Below, piece by piece: positions 1 through 9,900 of a stretch of 64,000 bases of DNA. The stretch lies in assembly GCA_964057225.1 (NCBI GenBank), contig OZ059896.1:2976001-3040000 (forward strand), read 5' to 3'. The stretch comes from Auanema rhodensis. Its lineage: Eukaryota > Animalia > Nematoda. A model generated the notes under the pieces. It saw only the letters and a list, made by a program, of their open reading frames with translations. It made no database searches and was not told where the DNA came from. The position numbers and the translations under genes are program-made. How positions within the stretch are numbered: position 1 is the first letter of the stretch; each line of letters starts with the position of its first letter.

Positions 1-39
1 GATCTGTGTTATCAGATTTGCGCTAGCTTAAAAATGCAC

Positions 40-78
40 CGAGATATCAACTGATATAAGTTCACACTTATATCCTCG
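40..78. other. Overlapping short inverted repeats (hairpin B), once per monomer
   Basis: GATATAAG (53-60) ttcaca CTTATATC (67-74) is a perfect 8-bp stem. It overlaps ATATCA-ac-TGATAT (44-57). CGAGATAT (40-47) can also pair with ATATCCTCG (70-78) with one bulge. Confidence 0.85.
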
Positions 79-148
79 ATTTTCACCCTGAAGAATTAAT
101 TTTTTCGTTGAATAACATTGTCCATCGTTTTTGCCTTGAAAGAAGGAA

Positions 149-220
149 TCTAAAAACATCTACTTTTTGCTAAATTATTTTGAAATTTTTCGAAAAAATT
201 TTTGTCAAAATGTTTTTGGA
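149..220. other. A/T-tract dyad region (dyad C), once per monomer
   Basis: TTTTTCGAAAAA palindrome at 186-197, TTTTGA/TCAAAA at 178-183/205-210, and TCTAAAAACAT/ATGTTTTTGGA at 149-159/210-220 with one mismatch. Confidence 0.8.
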
Positions 221-326
221 AGCAATTTTGAGTGTACATGGAAACTCAACATACACTAATGCATCATTTTTCAAACAATCATAACTAATTTTTGTATTAA
301 GCTTTCCTCAATGTACTATAGTGCAT

Positions 327-393
327 TCGATGCGGATTTTTAAGCTGCGTCGATCTGTGTTATCAGATTTGCGCTAGCTTAAAAATGCACCGA
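327..393. other. Long imperfect inverted repeat (hairpin A), present once per monomer
   Basis: ATTTTTAAGCT (336-346) is the exact reverse complement of AGCTTAAAAAT (376-386). Inner pairs are GCG/CGC (347-349/372-374) and ATCTG/CAGAT (353-357/364-368) around the loop TGTTAT. Outer pairs are TCG.TGC/GCA.CGA (327-333/387-393). Confidence 0.9.
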
Positions 394-1749
394 GATATCA
401 ACTGATATAAGTTCACACTTATATCCTCGATTTTCTCCCTGAAGAATTAATTTTTTCGTTGAATAACATTGTCCATCGTTTTTGCCTTGAAAGAAGGAAT
501 CTAAAAACATCTACTTTTTGCTAAATTATTTTGAAATTTCTCGAAAAAATTTTTGTCAAAATGTTTTTGGAAGCAATTTTGAGTGTACATGGAAACTCAA
601 CATACACTAATGCATCATTTTTCAAACGATCATAACTAATTTTTGTATTCAGCTTTTCTCAATGTTATATAGTGCATTCGATGCGGATTTTTAAGCTGCG
701 TCGATCTGTGTTATCAGATTTGCGCTAGCTTAAAAATGCACCGAGATATCAACTGATATAAGTTCACACTTATATCCTCGATTTTCACCCTGAAGAATTA
801 ATTTTTTCGTTGAATAACATTGTCCATCGTTTTTGCCTTGAAAGAAGGAATCTAAAAACATCTACTTTTTGCTAAATTATTTTGAAATTTCTCGAAAAAA
901 TTTTTGTCAAAATGTTTTTGGAAGCAATTTTGAGTGTACATGGAAACTCAACATACACTAATGCATCATTTTTCAAACAATCATAACTAATTTTTATATT
1001 AAGCTTTCCTCAATGTACTATAGTGCATTCGATGCGGATTTTTAAGCTGCGTCGATCTGTGTTATCAGATTTGCGCTAGCTTAAAAATGCACCGAGATAT
1101 CAACTGATATAAGTTCACACTTATATCCTCGATTTTCTCCCTGAAGAATTAATTTTTTCGTTGAATAACATTGTCCATCGTTTTTGCCTCGAAAAAAGGA
1201 ATCTAAAAACATCTACTTTTTGCTAAATTATTTTGAAATTTCTCGAAAAAATTTTTGTCAAAATGTTTTTGGAAGCAATTTTGAGTGTACATGGAAACTC
1301 AACATACACTAATGCATCATTTTTCAAACAATCATAACTAATTTTTATATTAAGCTTTTCTCAATGTAGTATAGTGCATTCGATGCGGATTTTTAAGCTG
1401 CGTCGATCTGTGTTATCAGATTTGCGCTAGCTTAAAAATGCACCGAGATATCAACTGATATAAGTTCACACTTATATCCTCGATTTTCTCCCTGAAGAAT
1501 TAATTTTTTCGTTGAATAACATTGTCCATCGTTTTTGCCTTGAAAGAAGGAATCTAAAAACATCTACTTTTTGCTAAATTATTTTGAAATTTCTCGAAAA
1601 AATTTTTGTCAAAATGTTTTTGGAAGCAATTTTGAGTGTACATGGAAACTCAACATACACTAATGCATCATTTTTCAAACGATCATAACTAATTTTTGTA
1701 TTCAGCTTTTCTCAATGTAATATAGTGCATTCGATGCGGTTTTTTAAGC

Positions 1750-4700
1750 TGCGTCGATCTGTGTTATCAGATTTGCGCTAGCTTAAAAATGCACCGAGAT
1801 ATCAACTGATATAAGTTCACACTTATATCCTCGATTTTCACCCTGAAGAATTAATTTTTTCGTTGAATAACATTGTCCATCGTTTTTGCCTTAAAAAAAG
1901 GAATCTAAAAACATCTACTTTTTGCTAAATTATTTTGAAATTTTTCGAAAAAATTTTTGTCAAAATGTTTTTGGAAGCAATTTTGAGTGTACATGGAAAC
2001 TCAACATACACTAATGCATCATTTTTCAAACGATCATAACTAATTTTTGTATTAAGCTTTCCTCAATGTAATATAGTGCATTCGATGCGGATTTTTAAGC
2101 TGCGTCGATCTGTGTTATCAGATTTGCGCTAGCTTAAAAATGCACCTAGATATCATCTGATATAAGTTCACACTTGTATCCTCGATTTTCACCCTGAAGA
2201 ATTAATTTTTTCGTTGAATAACATTGTCCATCGTTTTTGCCTTGAAAAAAAGAATCTAAAAACATCTACTTTTTGCTAAATTATTTTGAAATTTTTCGAA
2301 AAAATTTTTGTCAAAATGTTTTTGGAAGCAATGTTGAGTGTACATGGAAACTCAACATACACTAATGCATCATTTTTCAAACGATCATAACTAATTTTTG
2401 TATTAAGCTTTTCTTAATGTAGTATAGTGCTTTCGATGCGGACTTTTAAGCTGCGTCGATCTATGTTATCAGATTTGCGCTAGCTTAAAAATGCACCGAG
2501 ATATCAACTGATATAAGTTCACACTTATATCCTCGATTTTCACCCTGAAGAATTAATTTTTTCGTTGAATAACATTGTCCATCGTTTTTGCCTCGAAAAA
2601 AGGAATCTAAAAACATCTACTTTTTGCTAAATTATTTTGAAATTTTTCGAAAAAATTTTTGTCAAAATGTTTTTGGAAGCAATTTTGAGTGTACATGGAA
2701 ACTCAACATACACTAATGCATCATTTTTCAAACGATCATAACTAATTTTTGTGATGAGCGTTTCTCCATGTAGTATGGTGCATTCGATGCGGACTTTTAA
2801 GCTGCGTCGATCTATGTTATCAGATTTGCGCTAGCTTAAAAATGCACCGAGATATCAACTGATATAAGTTCACACTTATATCCTCGATTTTCACCCTGAA
2901 GAATTAATTTTTTCGTTGAATAACATTGTCCATCGTTTTTGCCTCAAAAAAAGGAATCTAAAAACATCTACTTTTTGCGAAATTATTTTGAAATTTTTCG
3001 AAAAAATTTTGTCAAAATGTTTTTGGAAGCAATGTTGAGTGTACATGGAAACTCAACATACACTAATGCATCATTTTTCAAACGATCATAACTAATTTTT
3101 GTGATGAGCGTTTCTCCATGTAGTATAATGCATTCGATGCGGATTTTTAAGCTGCGTCGATCTGTGTTATCAGATTTGCGCTAGCTTCAAAATGCACCGA
3201 GATATCAACTGATATAAGTTCACACTTATATCCTCGATTTTCACCCTGAAGAATTAATTTTTTCGTTGAATAACATTGTCCATCAATTTTGCCTTGAAAG
3301 AAGGAATCTAAAAACATCTACTTTTTGCTAAATTATTTTGAAATTTTTCGAAAAAATTTTTGTCAAAATGTTTTTGGAAGCAATTTTGAGTGTACATGGA
3401 AACTCAACATACACTAATGCATCATTTTTCAAACGATCATAACTAATTTTTGTATTAAGCTTTCCTCAATGTAATATAGTGCATTCGATGCGGATTTTTA
3501 AGCTGCGTCGATCTGTGTTATCAGATTTGCGTTAGCTTAAAAATGCACCGAGATATGAACTGATATAAGTTCACACTTATATCCTCGATTTTCACCCTGA
3601 AGAATTAATTTTTTCGTTGAATTACATTGTCCATCGTTTTTGCCTCAAAAAAAGGAATCTAAAAACATCTACTTTTTGCGAAATTATTTTGAAATTTTTC
3701 GAAAAAATTTTGTCAAAATGTTTTTGGAAGCAATATTGAGTGTACATGGAAACTCAACATACACTAATGCATCATTTTTCAAACGATCATAACTAATTTT
3801 TGTGATGAGCGTTTCTCCATGTAGTATAATGCATTCGATGCGGATTTTTAAGCTGCGTCGATCTATGTTATCAGATTTGCGCTAGCTTAAAAATGCACCG
3901 AGATATCAACTGATATAAGTTCACACTTATATCCTCGATTTTCACCCTGAAGAATTAATTTTTTCGTTGAATAACATTGTCCATCGTTTTTGCCTTGAAA
4001 GAAGGAATCTAAAAACATCTACTTTTTGCGAAATTATTTTGAAATTTTTCGAAAAAATTTTGTCAAAATGTTTTTGGAAGCAATTTTGAGTGTACATGGA
4101 AACTCAACATACACTAATGCATCATTTTTCAAACAATCATAACTAATTTTTGTATTAAGCTTTCCTCAATGTAATATAGTGCATTCGATGCGGATTTTTA
4201 AGCTGCGTCGATCTGTGTTATCAGATTTGCGCTAGCTTAAAAATGCACCGAGATATCAACTGATATAAGTTCACACTTATATCCTCGATTTTCACCCTGA
4301 AGAATTAATTTTTTCGTTGAATTACATTGTCCATCGTTTTTGCCTCAAAAAAAGGAATCTAAAAACATCTACTTTTTGCGAAATTATTTTGAAATTTTTC
4401 GAAAAAATTTTGTCAAAATGTTTTTGGAAGCAATGTTGAGTGTACATGGAAACTCAACATACACTAATGCATCATTTTTCAAACGATCATAACTAATTTT
4501 TGTGATGAGCGTTTCTCCATGTAGTATAATGCATTCGATGCGGATTTTTAAGCTGCGTCGATCTGTACTATCAGATTTGCGCTAGCTTGAAAATGCACCG
4601 AGATATGAACTGATATAAGTTCACACTTATATCCTCGATTTTCACCCTGAAGAATTAATTTTTTCGTTGAATTACATTGTCCATCGTTTTTGCCTTGAAA

Positions 4701-6660
4701 AAAGGAATCTAAAAACATCTACTTTTCGCTAAATTATTTTGAAATTTTTCGAAAAAATTTTTGTCAAAATGTTTTTGGAAGCAATTTTGAGTGTACATGG
4801 AAACTCAACATACACTAATGCATCATTTTTCAAACGATCATAACTTATTTTTGTATTAAGCGTTTCTCAATGTAGTATAGTGCATTCGATGCGGATTTTT
4901 AAGCTGCGTCGATCTGTACTATCAGATTTGCGCTAGCTTGAAAATGCACCGAGATATCAACTGATATAAGTTCACACTTATATCCTCGATTTTCACCCTG
5001 AAGAATTAATTTTTTCGTTGAATAACATTGTCCATCGTTTTTGCCTCAAAAAAAGGAATCTAAAAACATCTACTTTTTGCGAAATTATTTTGAAATTTTT
5101 CGAAAAAATTTTGTCAAAATGTTTTTGGAAGCAATGTTGAGTGTACATGGAAACTCAACATACACTAATGCATCATTTTTCAAACGATCATAACTAATTT
5201 TTGTGATGAGCGTTTCTCCATGTAGTATAATGCATTCGATGCGGATTTTTAAGCTGCGTCGATCTATGTTATCAGATTTGCGCTAGCTTAAAAATGCACC
5301 GAGATATCAACTGATATAAGTTCACACTTATATCCTCGATTTTCACCCTGAAGAATTAATTTTTTCGTTGAATAACATTGTCCATCGTTTTTGCCTTAAA
5401 AAAAGGAATCTGAAAACATCTACTTTTTGCTAAATTATTTTGAAATTTTTCGAAAAAATTTTTGTCAAAATGTTTTTGGAAGCAATTTTGAGTGTACATG
5501 GAAACTCAACATACACTAATGCATCATTTTTCAAACGATCATAACTAATTTTTGTATTAAGCTTTCCTCAATGTAATATAGTGCATTCGATGCGGATTTT
5601 TAAGCTGCGTCGATCTGTGTTATCAGATTTGCGCTAGCTTAAACATGCACCTAGATATCATCTGATATAAGTTCACACTTGTATCCTCGATTTTCACCCT
5701 GAAGAATTAATTTTTTCGTTGAATAACATTGTCCATCGTTTTTGCCTTGAAAAAAGGAATCTAAAAACATCTACTTTTTGCTAAATTATTTTGAAATTTT
5801 TCGAAAAAATTTTTGTCAAAATGTTTTTGGAAGCAATGTTGAGTGTACATGGAAACTCAACATACACTAATGCATCATTTTTCAAACGATCATAACTAAT
5901 TTTTGTATTAAGCTTTTCTTAATGTAGTATAGTGCTTTCGATGCGGACTTTTAAGCTGCGTCGATCTATGTTATCAGATTTGCGCTAGCTTAAAAATGCA
6001 CCGAGATATCAACTGATATAAGTTCACACTTATATCCTCGATTTTCACCCTGAAGAATTAATTTTTTCGTTGAATAACATTGTCCATCGTTTTTGCCTCG
6101 AAAAAAGGAATCTAAAAACATCTACTTTTTGCTAAATTATTTTGAAATTTTTCGAAAAAATTTTTGTCAAAATGTTTTTGGAAGCAATTTTGAGTGTACA
6201 TGGAAACTCAACATACACTAATGCATCATTTTTCAAACGATCATAACTAATTTTTGTGATGAGCGTTTCTCCATGTAGTATGGTGCATTCGATGCGGACT
6301 TTTAAGCTGCGTCGATCTATGTTATCAGATTTGCGCTAGCTTAAAAATGCACCGAGATATCAACTGATATAAGTTCACACTTATATCCTCGATTTTCACC
6401 CTGAAGAATTAATTTTTTCGTTGAATAACATTGTCCATCGTTTTTGCCTCAAAAAAAGGAATCTAAAAACATCTACTTTTTGCGAAATTATTTTGAAATT
6501 TTTCGAAAAAATTTTGTCAAAATGTTTTTGGAAGCAATGTTGAGTGTACATGGAAACTCAACATACACTAATGCATCATTTTTCAAACGATCATAACTAA
6601 TTTTTGTGATGAGCGTTTCTCCATGTAGTATAATGCATTCGATGCGGATTTTTAAGCTGC
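1750..6660 (+). repeat. About 4-monomer block duplicated at 10-monomer spacing
   Basis: The private variants CACCTAGATATCATCTG/CACTTGTATC (2141 vs 5646) and TAGTATGGTG (2771 vs 6276) are both offset by 3505 = 10x351-5. Five intervening monomers carry a 1-bp T deletion. Confidence 0.85.
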
Positions 6661-6949
6661 GTCGATCTGTGTTATCAGATTTGCGCTAGCTTAAAAATGC
6701 ACCGAGATATCAACTGATATAAGTTCACACTTATATCCTCGATTTTCACCCTGAAGAATTAATTTTTTCGTTGAATAACATTGTCCATCGTTTTTGCCTT
6801 GAAAAAAGGAATCTAAAAACATCTACTTTTTGCTAAATTATTTTGAAATTTTTCGAAAAAATTTTTGTCAAAATGTTTTTGGAAGCAATTTTGAGTGTAC
6901 ATGGAAACTCAACATACACTAATGCATCATTTTTCAAACGATCATAACT

Positions 6950-9900
6950 AATTTTTGTATTAAGCTTTGCTTAATGTAGTATAGTGCATTCGATGCGGAC
7001 TTTTAAGCTGCGTCGATCTGTGTTATCAGATTTGCGCTAGCTTAAAAATGCACCGAGATATCAACTGATATAAGTTCACACTTATATCCTCGATTTTCAC
7101 CCTGAAGAATTAATTTTTTCGTTGAATAACATTGTCCATCGTTTTTGCCTTGAAAGAAGGAATCTAAAAACATCTACTTTTTGCTAAATTATTTTGAAAT
7201 TTTTCGAAAAAATTTTTGTCAAAATGTTTTTGGAAGCAATTTTGAGTGTACATGGAAACTCAACATACACTAATGCATCATTTTTCAAACGATCATAACT
7301 AATTTTTGTATTAAGCTTTCCTCAATGTAATATAGTGCATTCGATGCGGATTTTTAAGCTGCGTCGATCTGTGTTATCAGATTTGCGCTAGCTTAAAAAT
7401 GCACCGAGATATCAACTGATATAAGTTCACACTTATATCCTCGATTTTCACCCTGAAGAATTAATTTTTTCGTTGAATAACATTGTCCATCGTTTTTGCC
7501 TCAAAAAAAGGAATCTAAAAACATCTACTTTTTGCGAAATTATTTTGAAATTTTTCGAAAAAATTTTGTCAAAATGTTTTTGGAAGCAATGTTGAGTGTA
7601 CATGGAAACTCAACATACACTAATGCATCATTTTTCAAACGATCATAACTAATTTTTGTGATGAGCGTTACTCCATGTAGTATAATGCATTCGATGCGGA
7701 TTTTTAAGCTGCGTCGATCTGTGTTATCAGATTTGCGCTAGCTTAAAAATGCACCGAGATATTAACTGATATAAGTTCACACTTATATCCTCGATTTTCA
7801 CCCTGAAGAATTAATTTTTTCGTTGAATAACATTGCCCATCGTTTTTGCCTTGAAAGAAGGAATCTAAAAACATCTACTTTTTGCTAAATTATTTTGAAA
7901 TTTTTCGAAAAAATTTTTGTCAAAATGTTTTTGGAAGCAATTTTGAGTGTACATGGAAACTCAACATACACTAATGCATCATTTTTCAAACGATCATAAC
8001 TAATTTTTGTATTAAGCTTTTCTCAATGTAGTATAGTGCATTCGATGCGGACTTTTAAGCTGCGTCGATCTGTGTTATCAGATTTGCGCTAGCTTAAAAA
8101 TGCACCGAGATATCATCTGATATAAGTTCACACTTATATCCTCGATTTTCACCCTGAAGAATTAATTTTTTCGTTGAATAACATTGTCCATCGTTTTTGC
8201 CTTGAAAAAAGGAATCTAAAAACATCTACTTTTTGCTAAATTATTTTGAAATTTTTCGAAAAAATTTTTGTCAAAATGTTTTTGGAAGCAATGTTGAGTG
8301 TACATGGAAACTCAACATACACTAATGCATCATTTTTCAAACGATCATAACTAATTTTTGTATTAAGCTTTTCTCAATGTAATATAGTGCATTCGATGCG
8401 GTTTTTTAAGCTGCGTCGATCTGTGTTATCAGATTTGCGCTAGCTTAAAAATGCACCGAGATATTAACTGATATAAGTTCACACTTATATCCTCGATTTT
8501 CACCCTGAAGAATTAATTTTTTCGTTGAATAACATTGTCCATCGTTTTTGCCTCAAAAAAAGGAATCTGAAAACATATACTTTTCGCTAAATTATTTTGA
8601 AATTTTTCGAAAAAATTTTTGTCAAAATGTTTTTGGAAGCAATTTTGAGTGTACATGGAAACTCAACATACACTAATGCATCATTTTTCAAACGATCATA
8701 ACTAATTTTTGTATTAAGCGTTTCTCAATGTAGTATAGTGCATTCGATGCGGATTTTTAAGCTGCGTCGATCTGTGTTATCAGATTTGCGCTAGCTTGAA
8801 AATGCACCGAGATATGAACTGATATAAGTTCACACTTATATCCTCGATTTTCACCCTGAAGAATTAATTTTTTCGTTGAATTACATTGTCCTTCGTTTTT
8901 GCCTTGAAAAAAGGAATCTAAAAACATCTACTTTTCGCTAAATTATTTTGAAATTTTTCGAAAAAATTTTTGTCAAAATGTTTTTGGAAGCAATTTTGAG
9001 TGTACATGGAAACTCAACATACAATAATGCATCATTTTTCAAACGATCATAACTAATTTTGGTATTAAGCGTTTCTCAATGTAGTATAGTGCATTCGATG
9101 CGGATTTTTAAGCTGCGTCGATCTGTACTATCAGATTTGCGCTAGCTTGAAAATGCACCGAGATATGAACTGATATAAGTTCACACTTATATCCTCGATT
9201 TTCACCCTGAAGAATTAATTTTTTCGTTGAATAACATTGTCCATCGTTTTTGCCTCAAAAAAAGGAATCTGAAAACATATACTTTTCGCTAAATTATTTT
9301 GAAATTTTTCGAAAAAATTTTTGTCAAAATGTTTTTGGAAGCAATTTTGAGTGTACATGGAAACTCAACATACACTAATGCATCATTTTTCAAACGATCA
9401 TAACTAATTTTTGTATTAAGCGTTTCTCAATGTAGTATAGTGCATTCGATGCGGATTTTTAAGCTGCGTCGATCTGTACTATCAGATTTGCGCTAGCTTG
9501 AAAATGCACCGAGATATCAACTGATTTAAGTTCACACTTATATCCTCGATTTTCACCCTGAAGAATTAATTTTTTCGTTGAATTACATTGTCCTTCGTTT
9601 TTGCCTTGAAAAAAGGAATCTAAAAACATCTACTTTTCGCTAAATTATTTTGAAATTTTTCGAAAAAATTTTTGTCAAAATGTTTTTGGAAGCAATGTTG
9701 AGTGTACATGGAAACTCAACATACACTAATGCATCATTTTTCAAACGATCATAACTAAATTTTGTATTAAGCGTTTCTCAATGTAGTATAGTGCATTCGA
9801 TGCGGATTTTTAAGCTGCGTCGATCTGTACTATCAGATTTGCGCTAGCTTGAAAATGCACCGAGATATCAACTGATATAAGTTCACACTTATATCCTCGA

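Larger units (their letters stand above)
1..351 (+). repeat. Reference monomer (arbitrary phase), about 69% AT with many A4-6/T4-6 tracts
   Basis: Hand count of 108 G+C in 351 nt. Most monomers carry single NheI (GCTAGC), EcoRV (GATATC), BsrGI (TGTACA) and NsiI (ATGCAT) sites; HindIII (AAGCTT) is polymorphic. Confidence 0.95.

Noticed and set aside
103-119. CENP-B box-like TTTCGTTGAATAACATT
   Set aside because: It matches only the TTCG....A half of the NTTCGNNNNANNCGGGN motif. The essential CGGG is absent.
1-351. Tandem 5S rRNA, tRNA, snRNA or spliced-leader gene repeat
   Set aside because: I recognise no 5S, tRNA cloverleaf or snRNA sequence, and the monomer is very AT-rich with frequent T-runs. 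An Rfam/Infernal scan would be the formal test.
1-351. Monomer as an ancient dimer of ~175-bp subunits
   Set aside because: I see no similarity between the two halves by eye beyond A/T tracts. A self dot-plot would be needed to detect very old homology.
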